Assembly: GCA_963422645.2 (NCBI GenBank)
Contig: CAXXVO010000002.1
Location: forward strand, 32,001 to 96,000
DNA from: Alphaproteobacteria bacterium
Lineage (GTDB): Bacteria; Pseudomonadota; Alphaproteobacteria; UBA828
Direction of reading: 5' to 3'
DNA: 64,000 nt
In this document: piece after piece, positions 40,391 through 52,479 of the stretch
Layout: the number at the start of each line of letters is the position of its first letter
Position numbering within the stretch: position 1 is the stretch's first letter
Notes under the pieces: model-generated
Seen by the model: only the letters and a program-made list of their open reading frames with translations
Told to the model about the DNA's origin: nothing
Databases searched by the model: none
Translations under genes and position numbers: made by a program

Positions 40391-43387
40391 CTAACGGTTG
40401 GCGAGCTTCGTGATCACCGGCACCTCTGCGAGCAGGATCGTGATCTTCTGTACCTGCGCCTGGTACTCGGCCAACTCGTGGCCCTTTAGCTTGCGGCCGG
40501 AGGGCAGCTTGAGCGTCATCGGGTTGATCCGCTTGTTGCCCCGCATCACCTCGTAGTGGAGGTGCGGCCCGGTCGACATTCCGGTGGAGCCGACGTAGGC
40601 GATGACTTGCCCCTGGCGCACCCGCTTGCCCTTCTTTATGCCCTTGGCGTAGCCGCTAAGGTGGGCATAGCCGGTGCTGTAGGTGCTGTTGTGCCGAATT
40701 CGGAGGTATTTGCCGTAGTTGCCGTGGCGGCCCTTCATCGTGATCGTCCCGTCGCCACCAGCGTAGATCGGCGTGCCCATAGGCGCCGCGAAATCGACCC
40801 CTAAGTGCTTCTTGTTGTAGCCGAGGATCGGGTGCTTGCGCACGCCGTAGCCCGATGAGAGCCGAGCGCCGTTGATCGGCGTGCGCATCAGCGCCTTGCG
40901 CACGCTCGCACCCGCAGCATCGAGATAGTCCGCCGGCCCCTCGTCGGGCTCGTAGCGGAATAGTTCCACCTCGCGCTCGCCGACCTCGAGCTTCGCGTAG
41001 AGGATGGGGCCGTTCTCCACGAACTCGCCGTCCCTGTTGAACACTGCCTCGTAAAGGACCTCGAAGCGATTGCCGCGCTGAATTTCGCGCTGGAAGTCCA
41101 CATCGAAGCTGAAGATGTGCACCATCTCCATGAGAACCTGGTTCGGCATTCCCGCGGCGCGCGCCGAGACGTAGAGACTGGAATCGATTGTCCCCGCCGT
41201 CCGTTGCAGAACGCGGTCGAGCGGCCGGTCCACGACGCTCGGCAGAAATGCGCCATCCTCGCTGCGGGTGACCACGACGTCGCGGTCCGCCGCCACATCG
41301 AGGGCGAGTGCGGCGAGCCTCGGGGTGCCGTTCGATTCGTTCTCCGGCTCGAACGCGAGGGAGAGCGTCTGGCCGACCCGCAATTTGCGCGGATTGTGAA
41401 CCTCGCGGAAGGCGACGATTGCGGCCTCCGCCTCCTCGCGGGTGCCGCCGGCCCGGGTCAACGCTACCGATAGCGTGTCCCCGCTGCGAATGACCACCGC
41501 CTTGCGTACCAAGCCGTCGTTTCCGTCGAGCGGAGTGCTGGCGAGGTCGTTGAAGGCACCGTTGACGGTGCCCTTGATGACGGGAAGGACGGTCCCGTTG
41601 ACGGTGCCGCCATGGGGATCCGCAGCGCCTTGCGGCTCAAGCCCGGAGGAGAGGGTGGCGAACGGTGCGGCGGCGGCGACGAAGGCGCCCGTCATCACCT
41701 GGCCGCGATCGGCCACGCTTGCCCGGTCGCGCTGCGGTTTGTCGTCCGGCGGCGTGGCAACTGTGGCGACACGCGTCAGTGGGGAGGTCATGAGCCCGAG
41801 CCGATCAACCTCTGCCGCGTCGAAGTAGCCGCTCGCGACGCGGCTTACCTTAACGTAGCGGTCGTCGCCGACCCGCAGCGCCACGGCCTTGAGGGTGTCC
41901 GCGCCCGTCTCGTCGATGCCCGTTACCAGGGTAATTTCCTGCCCGACGCGAAGCCGCCTAAGGTTGAATAGCTTGCGGGTCGCTTGAATGGCGCGGTCCG
42001 CCTCGACACGGTCGATCCCGTGGCGCCGCAACACCGCCATGAGCGTATCGCCCGACCGCACCGTGATCCGTGTGGCGGAGGGCGGCAGGGCGTCGGCTGG
42101 CGTGGCCGGTGCTGCGATCGGCTCCGTTCGGTCTACCTCTGCGGCAATGGCCACCGCGCGCGGCTCGGCGGGCGCCGGTGGCTCTTTCGTAATGCGACTG
42201 GAGAAACGTCCCTTCTCCCCGCGCTCCACGACAATGTGCCGTCCTTTCGGGAGCTCGATGTCGAGCAAAGCGATGCGCGGCTCGAAGCCCTCCACCGGTT
42301 TCTTGGTCACACGCACGGTAACGCCCGCGGGAAGGCGCCGCGGGTTGAACACGCGCCGCAGGCTTTGTACGAGCGCATCCGCTTCGGGTCTGCGCACGTC
42401 TGCATCCAGCAGCACATCCATCAGAGTGCGACCCGAGCGCAGTGTACGGCTCAGCTCAATGAAGTTTGGCTCGACGGTGCGCTGCGGGCCGTCGTAGGGA
42501 GGGGTGTCGGCGCCAAGCTGGTCCGCGATCTCGGCTCCGGTCTCGACCGTCTCACGGGTCGGCTTCTGCAGCGGAATGGCCTCCTCCGCGGCCGGTGCAG
42601 CGGCAGTTTGTAGTCCTGCAGCGCGGAGCGCGGAGGCCGTGGCGCGACGCGAGGCGAAGCCGCCGCCATCAGTGCGGACGACCGCCACCGCCTCGTCGTC
42701 GTCGAGGTAGACCGCAACACCGGTCAAATGGGGAGCACCGTTCGCGTCGCGCCCTGCCACAAGCGTAATCTTGTGGCCCGGCATCAGGTCGCGCGGGTCA
42801 AAGTTCGCCTGTAGTGCGCCCGTAACGGCGTCCACGGTCTCCCTGTCGACGCCGTTGCGGCGCAGGATGCCGCTGATCGTTTCATTGCGTCGTACGGTAA
42901 TGGTGCGTCCGTCGCGCTCGAACGCGACCTCGGAGAGCGAGACTGGCTGAGTGAGGGGGATACTGGTCTGCCGCGCACTGTAGCCGCCCTTCGCCGTACG
43001 GGTTGCCTCGACGTAGTGCCCCGTCTGCGTCTCCACGCTGACCGCGATTGGAACGCGACGTTGCTCCCCTTCAGCCCTGAACAGGAACCGCACCTCGCGG
43101 CCGACCGACATGCGCCGCAGATTCGTTCTTTTCCGGATCGCCTTGATGATTCGGTCGGCGTCGACAGCGTGCACGCCCGACCGGTTAAGCAAGACCGACA
43201 GACTGTCGCCGCGCCCGAATCGAAGGGTCTCCAGTTCCGTTTCGGCTTCAACCGATGCAAGTGCTGTCTGGATTGGCGCGGCCAGGGCCACGGCAACTGC
43301 CGCGATCAGCGCGAGCGCCGCTATTGAGCCTATCCAACGGCGAGATCCTCGATCCATACCCCGAATCAGTCCCCGTGAATCATGCAC
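40391..43387 (-). CDS. M23 (MepM/Csd3-like) peptidoglycan DD-endopeptidase with five LysM/OapA-like repeats
   Basis: N-terminal TM/signal, FSFDVDFQREI, HLGVDFAAP.GTP, YAHL, STGPHLHYE. Confidence 0.88.
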   Translation of the reverse strand: MHDSRGLIRGMDRGSRRWIGSIAALALIAAVAVALAAPIQTALASVEAETELETLRFGRGDSLSVLLNRSGVHAVDADRIIKAIRKRTNLRRMSVGREVRFLFRAEGEQRRVPIAVSVETQTGHYVEATRTAKGGYSARQTSIPLTQPVSLSEVAFERDGRTITVRRNETISGILRRNGVDRETVDAVTGALQANFDPRDLMPGHKITLVAGRDANGAPHLTGVAVYLDDDEAVAVVRTDGGGFASRRATASALRAAGLQTAAAPAAEEAIPLQKPTRETVETGAEIADQLGADTPPYDGPQRTVEPNFIELSRTLRSGRTLMDVLLDADVRRPEADALVQSLRRVFNPRRLPAGVTVRVTKKPVEGFEPRIALLDIELPKGRHIVVERGEKGRFSSRITKEPPAPAEPRAVAIAAEVDRTEPIAAPATPADALPPSATRITVRSGDTLMAVLRRHGIDRVEADRAIQATRKLFNLRRLRVGQEITLVTGIDETGADTLKAVALRVGDDRYVKVSRVASGYFDAAEVDRLGLMTSPLTRVATVATPPDDKPQRDRASVADRGQVMTGAFVAAAAPFATLSSGLEPQGAADPHGGTVNGTVLPVIKGTVNGAFNDLASTPLDGNDGLVRKAVVIRSGDTLSVALTRAGGTREEAEAAIVAFREVHNPRKLRVGQTLSLAFEPENESNGTPRLAALALDVAADRDVVVTRSEDGAFLPSVVDRPLDRVLQRTAGTIDSSLYVSARAAGMPNQVLMEMVHIFSFDVDFQREIQRGNRFEVLYEAVFNRDGEFVENGPILYAKLEVGEREVELFRYEPDEGPADYLDAAGASVRKALMRTPINGARLSSGYGVRKHPILGYNKKHLGVDFAAPMGTPIYAGGDGTITMKGRHGNYGKYLRIRHNSTYSTGYAHLSGYAKGIKKGKRVRQGQVIAYVGSTGMSTGPHLHYEVMRGNKRINPMTLKLPSGRKLKGHELAEYQAQVQKITILLAEVPVITKLANR

Positions 43388-43478
43388 GTGCCCGTCGATT
43401 CGTTAGTTAGAATCGGCAGGCGACTGCCGACCCTGATGCTACGAGGGCGCCCTGTCAATCACGACATGAACATTTCCA

Positions 43479-45367
43479 GTAACTGCCCAGGTTCTTGCTG
43501 TGAAAATTCTCTGGGATTCGGCACAACGCTACCCACGCGACGCCCGTGTGCTCCTCTGGGGTCGCCGGGTTTCACAGCTCACGATGCCCCTCTTGCGGAC
43601 TGCGACCGGTAAGCTACCCCGATGTGGCCCGAAGTCCGCCCGCGCGACGGGCACCGATTTTCATTCTATGGGGTGGTCCAGCACGGCGTCGACCATGATC
43701 GTTTATGAGAATGGCTCCGCTGTTGGAGAACCCGTGCCAGGTGAGCTTACGCGCACTTGACGGTGGCGATGAGCCGATCCGATGGGCTGGTCAGGGCTTC
43801 GATGATATTCCAGCCCTGCTTTCTGGCGGTGGTGATGACGCTGCGCAGGATGGCGAAGTTCTCGGCCCCCTGCGCGGACCGGAAGCCCCCGGAGATCTTC
43901 TGGCGCAGCTTCATCATCCGAAGGTCGCGCTCGGCCTCGTTGTTCGTGAACCCGACCTCGAGGTCGATCAGGAACCGGAGCACCGCGCATTTGTGGTCGC
44001 GCAGCCTCAAGGCCAGATTGTGACCGATCCTTCGCTTCCGGCGCTTCTTCCTCTTGCCAGGCGAGAACGGTGGTTGGCTCTCGTGAAAGGCCAGCGCATC
44101 GGCGATGACCTCGTCGTATCGGCGCTCGATCAGCGCCACAAGCCTCGCCGGAACGGCGATATCCTTGTCCAGCGCGATGCGGGCGGCGCGATTGGCTCGG
44201 CGCAGGAGCTGCTGCATCCGCCGGGCCCAAGCCTCCCCTTCGATGTCCACCAGCGCCTGCAACTCCCGCAGGTGATGGGCGTTGCACAGGCCGTGCTCCA
44301 CCCCTTCCATCGCGAAGTACGGCTTCCAGTGATCGTGCACGACGATGCCGGAGACACCCGAGAGCAGGGCGCCGCGCTTGCCGCTGACCCGGTACGCCGC
44401 CAGCAGCGGCGTGCAGATCACATGAAGCCACTGCGTCTGACCGCCGATCCGCAAGCCGGTCTCGTCCATGTGTTTCACCCGCGCCGTGCCCGCCGCCAGG
44501 TCCTGTATGTGCAAGGCCGCGTCCCGCAAGCCGCTCGGCCGCCCTCTCGCTCATCGTCGCCAACGTCGCAGCCGTCACCGGCGCGCCGAAGAGCTCGGCC
44601 ATCACCTGCGACAGCCGATCCTCCGGCAGGAAGTGAGCGTGCTGAAGGTAGACCGCCACCCCGGCAATGCGCGGGCCGTACTGCACCGGCGCCGACACCC
44701 CGTCGGGGAACGCCGCCCGGGTCACCGTCCCGCAATGCCCGCAGCACTTGGCATGCGCCCGGTGCTCGGTCACCTCCAGGGGGCTCGGCTCGGGCAGATC
44801 GAACACCTGGCGGGCGACGGGCGTTCCCGCCCTGGCCGCGTCCGAAAGCGGCGAACCGCATCCCTTGCAGGAAGCCGGGACGTGATCCTTCACCCGATCC
44901 GGGTGATCGGCGCGGCGCAGCGTCTTGCCCTTGTGGCCGGGCTGGCCACCGGGCTTGCGGCCCGATTTGCCGCGCAGGCTTCGGGTTCGCCGCTTCGAAT
45001 TCGGCTTCCTCAGCCCATCGCTCGAAGGCGGCTTGACGCTGTTGCCGCTGTTGAGGCCGAGACGGCGCTCCAACTCCTCGATGCGCTCGACGAGACGCGC
45101 GACTTGCTCTTCCAGCCGCGCGTTCTGCTGCCGAAGCCAGGCATTTTCCTCCCGAAGCCGGGCGTTCTCCTCCTCCAGGCGGGCGATCTTCTGCGCGGGC
45201 GTTTCGGGCGCTGCTCCCGTCGAAGGGCCGCGCGGCGACTCGGGATTGCTCATGTCGTTGTTGAGTCATTTCCCGAAATTCCCGTCAAGCCCTTTCCACC
45301 AACTCCGAACGAGAAACGCCTCAATCCACTGGCCCAAAATGACAAATCAGACGACCTGGGCAGTTAC
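43479..45367 (-). mobile_element. IS66 element copy B; transposase has a +1 frameshift at about 44528
   Basis: TIRs GTAACTGCCCAGG, TSD CATTTCCA. One extra A compared with copy C. Confidence 0.95.
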
Positions 45368-45441
45368 CATTTCCAACCGAAATATCCTGCATTCCGGCAT
45401 GGAAATGCTCCGTCGGTGCTCACCGCCGGCTTGAGGCGGTT

Positions 45442-45690
45442 CTAGCGCCGACAGTGGGCGCCCGAGCGACGGTCTTCACCCGTCGCAGCCCTTCGCAACC
45501 GTGTTATTTCGTCCTTTACCTTGAGTTTTCGTCGCTTCAGGTGGGTTAGAGACAGTCCGTCGGGCGCCGGCCGGCAGGCCTCTTCCTGGATAGCCCGTTC
45601 GAGTCCGGCGTGCCTCGCGGCAAGCGTAGCGAGATAGTCATCGACCCCAATTTCAAAGGCCAGCGTGGCAGGGTCGAGCCGCGAGTACAT
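45442..45690 (-). CDS. DUF465/YdcH-family small coiled-coil protein
   Basis: LAARHAGLERAIQEE..RPAPD...L..LKRRKLKVKDEI. Confidence 0.75.
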   Translation of the reverse strand: MYSRLDPATLAFEIGVDDYLATLAARHAGLERAIQEEACRPAPDGLSLTHLKRRKLKVKDEITRLRRAATGEDRRSGAHCRR

Positions 45691-45856
45691 CAGTTAATGG
45701 ACCTCACTGGGACAATCTCGTTGAAGCAGTCTAGAAGGCGAACCGGGGCAACCGTGAATCTGCCACCACTATGTCATATCGCGCGCCCTGCCGCCACGCC
45801 GTATCACGTTGTATCGCGTCGGATGTGAATGAGTCGGCAAGTTCCCTCGTCTAAAC

Positions 45857-47743
45857 GTAACCGCCCAGGTTCTTGCTGTGAAAATTCTCTGGGATTCGGC
45901 ACAACGCTACCCACGCGACGCCCGTGTGCTCCTCTGGGGTCGCCGGGTTTCACAGCTCACGATGCCCCTCTTGCGGACTGCGACCGGTAAGCTACCCCGA
46001 TGTGGCCCGAAGTCCGCCCGCGCGACGGGCACCGATTTCATTCTATGGGGTGGTCCAGCACGGCGTCGACCATGATCGTTTATGAGAATGGCTCCGCTGT
46101 TGGAGAACCCGTGCCAGGTGAGCTTACGCGCACTTGACGGTGGCGATGAGCCGATCCGATGGGCTGGTCAGGGCTTCGATGATATTCCAGCCCTGCTTTC
46201 TGGCGGTGGTGATGACGCTGCGCAGGATGGCGAAGTTCTCGGCCCCCTGCGCGGACCGGAAGCCCCCGGAGATCTTCTGGCGCAGCTTCATCATCCGAAG
46301 GTCGCGCTCGGCCTCGTTGTTCGTGAACCCGACCTCGAGGTCGATCAGGAACCGGAGCACCGCGCATTTGTGGTCGCGCAGCCTCAAGGCCAGATTGTGA
46401 CCGATCCTTCGCTTCCGGCGCTTCTTCCTCTTGCCAGGCGAGAACGGTGGTTGGCTCTCGTGAAAGGCCAGCGCATCGGCGATGATCTCGTCGTATCGGC
46501 GCTCGATCAGCGCCACAAGCCTCGCCGGAACGGCGATATCCTTGTCCAGCGCGATGCGGGCGGCGCGATTGGCTCGGCGCAGGAGCTGCTGCATCCGCCG
46601 GGCCCAAGCCTCCCCTTCGATGTCCACCAGCGCCTGCAACTCCCGCAGGTGATGGGCGTTGCACAGGCCGTGCTCCACCCCTTCCATCGCGAAGTACGGC
46701 TTCCAGTGATCGTGCACGACGATGCCGGAGACACCCGAGAGCAGGGCGCCGCGCTTGCCGCTGACCCGGTACGCCGCCAGCAGCGGCGTGCAGATCACAT
46801 GAAGCCACTGCGTCTGACCGCCGATCCGCAAGCCGGTCTCGTCCATGTGTTTCACCCGCGCCGTGCCCGCCGCCAGGTCCTGTATGTGCAAGGCCGCGTC
46901 CCGCAGCCGCTCGGCCGCCCTCTCGCTCATCGTCGCCAACGTCGCAGCCGTCACCGGCGCGCCGAAGAGCTCGGCCATCACCTGCGACAGCCGATCCTCC
47001 GGCAGGAAGTGAGCGTGCTGAAGGTAGACCGCCACCCCGGCAATGCGCGGGCCGTACTGCACCGGCGCCGACACCCCGTCGGGGAACGCCGCCCGGGTCA
47101 CCGTCCCGCAATGCCCGCAGCACTTGGCATGCGCCCGGTGCTCGGTCACCTCCAGGGGGCTCGGCTCGGGCAGATCGAACACCTGGCGGGCGACGGGCGT
47201 TCCCGCCCTGGCCGCGTCCGAAAGCGGCGAACCGCATCCCTTGCAGGAAGCCGGGACGTGATCCTTCACCCGATCCGGGTGATCGGCGCGGCGCAGCGTC
47301 TTGCCCTTGTGGCCGGGCTGGCCACCGGGCTTGCGGCCCGATTTGCCGCGCAGGCTTCGGGTTCGCCGCTTCGAATTCGGCTTCCTCAGCCCATCGCTCG
47401 AAGGCGGCTTGACGCTGTTGCCGCTGTTGAGGCCGAGACGGCGCTCCAACTCCTCGATGCGCTCGACGAGACGCGCGACTTGCTCTTCCAGCCGCGCGTT
47501 CTGCTGCCGAAGCCAGGCATTTTCCTCCCGAAGCCGGGCGTTCTCCTCCTCCAGGCGGGCGATCTTCTGCGCGGGCGTTTCGGGCGCTGCTCCCGTCGAA
47601 GGGCCGCGCGGCGACTCGGGATTGCTCATGTCGTTGTTGAGTCATTTCCCGAAATTCCCGTCAAGCCCTTTCCACCAACTCCGAACGAGAAACGCCTCAA
47701 TCCACTGGCCCAAAATGACAAATCAGACGACCTGGGCAGTTAC
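45857..47743 (-). mobile_element. IS66 element copy C with an intact 501-aa transposase (46124-47629)
   Basis: TSD GTCTAAAC. One TIR has a T>C change (GTAACCGCCC). Confidence 0.95.
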
Positions 47744-47824
47744 GTCTAAACTTCTCAATGCTCACCTTTGATACGACCATTCGGACTACTCCAGTGTGGA
47801 GGCAAGGGTAATGACGGGTGATGG

Positions 47825-48871
47825 GTGGCCAGCGAATACGGCGCCCCGATGGACGCGGTGAGTCTCACGGCATCCCTCGCGGCGGGCGGTGCGAGCGTGG
47901 TGGTTGTGGCAGCACTGACCGGTCTGGCGCGAGCGCTACTGCGGCGCCACGGTGTCATGGATCGGCCCAGCGAGCGTTCGAGCCACCAGACCGCAATACC
48001 GCGTGGCGGCGGCATCGTCGTTATCGGAGTCCTGCTCGCAGCATGGCTCGCGCTTTGGCTCTCGGGCGCGTCGGCAAGCTCAGAGGCGCACTTCTGGATT
48101 GCGCTCGTTGGCGCGCTCGGGCTCGCTGCGGTCTCCTGGCTCGATGACCTGCGCGGTGGCCTATCGGTCTTCCTGCGACTTGGGGTGCAGGTGCTGGCGG
48201 TTGGCGCCGGTATCGCCTCGCTCCCCGGCGACGGGCTCATTCTCCAGGGTACCGTTCCGGCCCTCGTCGATCACGCGCTGGCGGCTGCGGCTTGGCTCTG
48301 GTTCGTGAACCTGTTCAACTTCATGGACGGGATCGATGGGCTCAGTGGCACCGAGGGCGCGAGCCTCGGCTTTGGCGCGTTCCTGCTCGCACTACTCGGT
48401 ACCGTACCTGCCGGGCTCGGGCCGCTCGGGCTGGCGCTTGCTGGCGTCTCGCTGGGCTTTCTGTTCTGGAACTGGCATCCCGCCAGGATTTTTCTCGGCG
48501 ATGTAGGGAGTGTCCCGCTCGGCTATCTGGCCGGATGGCTCTTGCTGGCGCTGGCAGCGGCGGGTGCATGGCAGGCGGCGTTGCTGTTGCCGGCCTACTA
48601 CTTGGCCGACGCGACAGTCACGTTGGTTCGTCGTCTGCTGCGCGGCCGGTGCGTGTGGCAGGCGCATCGCGAGCACTTCTATCAGCGCGTGGTGGCGACC
48701 GGCTGGAGCCATGGACGTACAGCCGCAGTGATCGGCAGCCACAATCTGCTACTAATGGGGCTTGCGCTCGCCTCCCAGCAAAGTTGGGCCGCTGCAGCGG
48801 CGGCACTCGCGGCGGGGGCGATGCTCGTCGCAACGCTGCTGTGGTATCTTCACGCCGCCGCTCGGGCATGA
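47825..48871 (+). CDS. MraY/WecA-family (GT4) undecaprenyl-phosphate glycosylphosphotransferase
   Basis: D.P.ERSSH...PRGGG, WLDD, NLFNFMDGIDG, IFLGDVGS, AHREHFYQ. Confidence 0.92.
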   Translation: MASEYGAPMDAVSLTASLAAGGASVVVVAALTGLARALLRRHGVMDRPSERSSHQTAIPRGGGIVVIGVLLAAWLALWLSGASASSEAHFWIALVGALGLAAVSWLDDLRGGLSVFLRLGVQVLAVGAGIASLPGDGLILQGTVPALVDHALAAAAWLWFVNLFNFMDGIDGLSGTEGASLGFGAFLLALLGTVPAGLGPLGLALAGVSLGFLFWNWHPARIFLGDVGSVPLGYLAGWLLLALAAAGAWQAALLLPAYYLADATVTLVRRLLRGRCVWQAHREHFYQRVVATGWSHGRTAAVIGSHNLLLMGLALASQQSWAAAAAALAAGAMLVATLLWYLHAAARA

Positions 48872-48896
48872 TGCGGCGCATCGAAACGGGCGTGAC

Positions 48897-50845
48897 ATGC
48901 GGCGCATCCGGACAGGTTTGATTGTCAAACGCGCGTACCTGGTCGCGGCTCACGACGTGGCCATGGCCGGCGCGTCGTTCGCACTTGCCCTGCTGCTCCG
49001 CCACGGGTTCGGCGCGTTCTGGGAGATGTCGAGCGGCTTCGTCGTCGAGGGAGCACTGCTGTTCTCGGCGGTCTCGACGCTGGTTTTCTGGCATATGCGA
49101 ATCTACCGGGGGGTTTGGCGCTACACGGCGCTGAGCGACGTCGTGCTCATTGCGCAGGCCGTAAGTCTCGCGGTGCTGGTGTTCGTGCCAATCCTCTTCG
49201 CGCTGACGCGGCTGGAGGGCTATCCCCGCTCGGCGCTCCTCATCAACTGGTTTATCCTGATCGTACTCCTGGTGGGGCCGCGCGTGATCTACCGTGCGGT
49301 TCTGGATGGTGGCCTCGGCGGTGTGCTGCGGCGCGGCGGCGCGGCGGCGCGGCAGGACGAGTACCCGTCCTGCTGCTCGAGGCGGGAGATCGGGCCGAGC
49401 TCTTCATCAGCGCCACCACCAGCGGCTCCGCCTCGAGCTATCGCGTCGTCGGCATCGTGGACGACGACGAAAGCCAGGCGAGGCGACACATCCGCGGCAT
49501 CCGCATTCTGGGCACAACGGCCGAGCTGCCGGCGATCGTGCGCGGGCTCAGCGCCCGAGGGGCGGCACCGCAGCGCGCGGTGCTCGCGACACCCTATCCG
49601 AACCCCGACCGCCTCGGCGCCCTGCTGGCGGCGTGTGAGGAGGTTGGACTGCCACTCTCCCGCCTGCCGGAGCTGACCGATTTCCGCCCCGGCGTCGAAC
49701 GCGACATCGACGTGCGGCCGATCTGCCTCGAGGACCTGCTCGGTCGCCCACAGGTCGCGCCTGACCGCGCCGCCATGCGCGCCCTGGTCAACGGCCGGCG
49801 GGTCTGCATCACCGGCGCCGGCGGCACCATTGGCGCTGAGCTCGCACGTCAGATCGCCGACGATGGGCCCGCGCACCTGACCCTGATCGACAACGCCGAA
49901 TACAACCTCTACCGGATCGATCTCGAGCTTGAGGAGGCGCATCCGGACCTTTCGCGCAGCGCCGTGCTCGGTGATGTGCGTGACCCAGGCAGCATCGCTG
50001 AGACCTTCTCCAGCGTGCGCCCAGAGCTGGTGTTTCATGCGGCCGCGCTCAAGCACGTCCACATGGTCGAGACCAATCCCAACGATGGCGTGCTCACCAA
50101 TGCCGTGGGCACCCGCAATGTCGCCGATGCCTGCATTGTCTTCGGTGTCCAGTTGATGGTGCTGGTTTCGACCGACAAGTCGGTCGACCCCACCAGCGTC
50201 ATGGGCGCGACGAAGCGTATTGCCGAAATCTATTGCCAGGCGCTCACCGACGCGCCGGCGGCCGGGAGCTTGCGGCTGGTGACGGTGCGCTTCGGCAATG
50301 TGATTGGCTCCTCCGGCTCAGTGGTGCCGCGCTTCCAGCGTCAGATTGCCGCCGGCGGACCGGTGACCGTCACCGACCCCGACGCGGCGCGCTACTTCAT
50401 GACGACGCGGGAAGCGGTGCAGCTCCTGCTTCAGGCGTCAGCGCTCGGAACAGGCGAAGAAAGCGGTGGCATCTACGTGCTCGACATGGGCAAGCCCATC
50501 AAGATCGTTGACCTAGCGCGGCAGATGATCCGGCTCGCGGGCCTCACGCCAGACAAGGAAATCGAGATCGTCTTCACCGGGCTGCGCCCGGGTGAGAGGA
50601 GGGACGAGAGCCTGTTCCATCCGGGCGAGCCCATGCTCGTGACCGAGACGCCGGGCATTTTCAGGGCCCGCTCACGCTCAGCCGATGTCGCCCTCATGCG
50701 GCGCCGGCTCGACCAGCTCGCGGGCGCCGCGCGCGACCGGCGCACCGCGGATGCGCTGGCGCTAATGGCGACGCTGGTGCCTGAGTATGAGCCGAGCGAC
50801 AGTGTTCTCTCGGCCGTCCCGGCGAACGCCGGCCTCGCGCTATAG
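48897..50845 (+). pseudogene. CapD/WbpM/PglF-type nucleotide-sugar 4,6-dehydratase, frameshifted at about 49350
   Basis: Four TM segments with YRGVWRY in one frame. TGAGGTIG, HAAALKHV, STDK, MGATK, RFGNV.GS.GSV, GLRPGE in the next frame. Confidence 0.85.
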
Positions 50846-50877
50846 CCGGCCACAACGCCGCATCAGGGGGTAGCTCA

Positions 50878-52467
50878 ATGTCCGATACGCCAGGCCGGCC
50901 CATTGCACGCGCGCTCGTCTCCGTCTCTGACAAGACCGGCCTCGAAGAGTTCGCGTCCTCGCTCGCGCGCCATAACGTCGCCATCCTGTCCACCGGCGGC
51001 ACTGCACGGGTCTTGCGGGAGGCCGGCATTACGGTCACCGATGTCTCGGACCACACCGGCTTTCCCGAGATCATGGACGGTCGGGTGAAGACCCTGCACC
51101 CGGCGATTCACGGCGGAATTCTGGCCCGCAGGGACGACGCCGGCCATTGCGCGGCCATGGAGACGCATGGAATCGCGGGCATCGACCTGGTTGTGGTCAA
51201 CCTTTACCCCTTCGAGGAGGCGGTGCGCGACGGTGCCGCGCTCGACGCCTGCATCGAGACCATCGATATCGGCGGCCCGGCGATGATCCGGGCGGCGGCC
51301 AAGAACCACGAGGACGTGACCGTGCTGGTGCAGCCCTCGGACTACGCCGCGGTGATGAAAGAGATGGAGGCGCTGGGCGGCGCCACCAGCCTCGAGCTCC
51401 GCCGCCGTCTGGCGGCAACCGCTTTTGCGCGCACGGCCAGCTACGACGCCGCCATCGCCCGCCGTCTCACCGCCGAGGCCGAGAACGGCTCGCCGCCTCC
51501 CCGCTTCGTGTTCGGCGGCTCTCGAAGCAGGGTGCTGCGCTACGGCGAGAATCCCCATCAGAGCGCCGCTCTTTACGTCGATCCAACGGCACCGCCCGGC
51601 GTGGCGCAGGCCGTGCTCATCCAGGGCAAGGAGCCGAGCTACAACAACCTGGCCGATGCCGACGCGGCTCATGGGCTGGTGCGCGAGTTCCACCCGCCCG
51701 CGATCGCCATCATCAAGCACGGCAACCCCTGCGGCGTCGGCCTGGGCGGCACCCTCGCGAAGGCGTACGAGAAGGCCAGGGCGTGCGATCCGGTGAGCGC
51801 CTTTGGCGGCGTGGTCGCAGTGAACCGACCGCTCGACGGAGCGACCGCGCGCGCCATTGCCGGCCTCTTCACAGAGGTCGTGATCGCCCCTGAGGCCGAT
51901 GAGGAGGCACGTGCTGCTCTTTCCGCCAAGGCCGACCTGCGCCTGCTCCTGACCGGAGCAACCGTCGATGACAGCGGCGAGCGGCTCATGGTCCGCACCC
52001 TGGACGATGGTTTTCTGGTGCAAACGACGGATACCGCGCGGGTGACGGCCCAGTCGCTCAAGACCGTGACCAAGCGGGCGCCGACGGATCAGGAACGCAC
52101 GGACCTCCTGTTCGCCTTCACGGTCGCCAAGCACGTCAAATCGAACGCCATCGTCTACGCCAAGGACGGCGCCACGGTCGGCATCGGCGCAGGCCAGATG
52201 AGCCGCGTCGACTCCTCCCGGATCGCGGCGCAGAAGGCCGCGGACGCCTCCGCTGCCGCCGGCGAGGACCGGTCGCGGGCGGAAGGCTGCGTGGTCGCCT
52301 CCGACGCGTTCTTTCCCTTTGCCGACGGGCTCTTGGCTGCTGCCGCAGCGGGCGCCACCGCCGTAATTCAGCCAGGTGGATCCAAACGGGACGACGAGGT
52401 CATCGCTGCGGCGGACGAGCAGGGCCTCGCCATGGTCTTCACCTGCCTTCGTCACTTCCGTCACTAG
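50878..52467 (+). CDS. purH: Bifunctional AICAR transformylase/IMP cyclohydrolase
   Basis: [58 protein letters not shown]. Confidence 0.98.
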   Translation: MSDTPGRPIARALVSVSDKTGLEEFASSLARHNVAILSTGGTARVLREAGITVTDVSDHTGFPEIMDGRVKTLHPAIHGGILARRDDAGHCAAMETHGIAGIDLVVVNLYPFEEAVRDGAALDACIETIDIGGPAMIRAAAKNHEDVTVLVQPSDYAAVMKEMEALGGATSLELRRRLAATAFARTASYDAAIARRLTAEAENGSPPPRFVFGGSRSRVLRYGENPHQSAALYVDPTAPPGVAQAVLIQGKEPSYNNLADADAAHGLVREFHPPAIAIIKHGNPCGVGLGGTLAKAYEKARACDPVSAFGGVVAVNRPLDGATARAIAGLFTEVVIAPEADEEARAALSAKADLRLLLTGATVDDSGERLMVRTLDDGFLVQTTDTARVTAQSLKTVTKRAPTDQERTDLLFAFTVAKHVKSNAIVYAKDGATVGIGAGQMSRVDSSRIAAQKAADASAAAGEDRSRAEGCVVASDAFFPFADGLLAAAAAGATAVIQPGGSKRDDEVIAAADEQGLAMVFTCLRHFRH

Positions 52468-52479
52468 GGAGTCGCGCCA

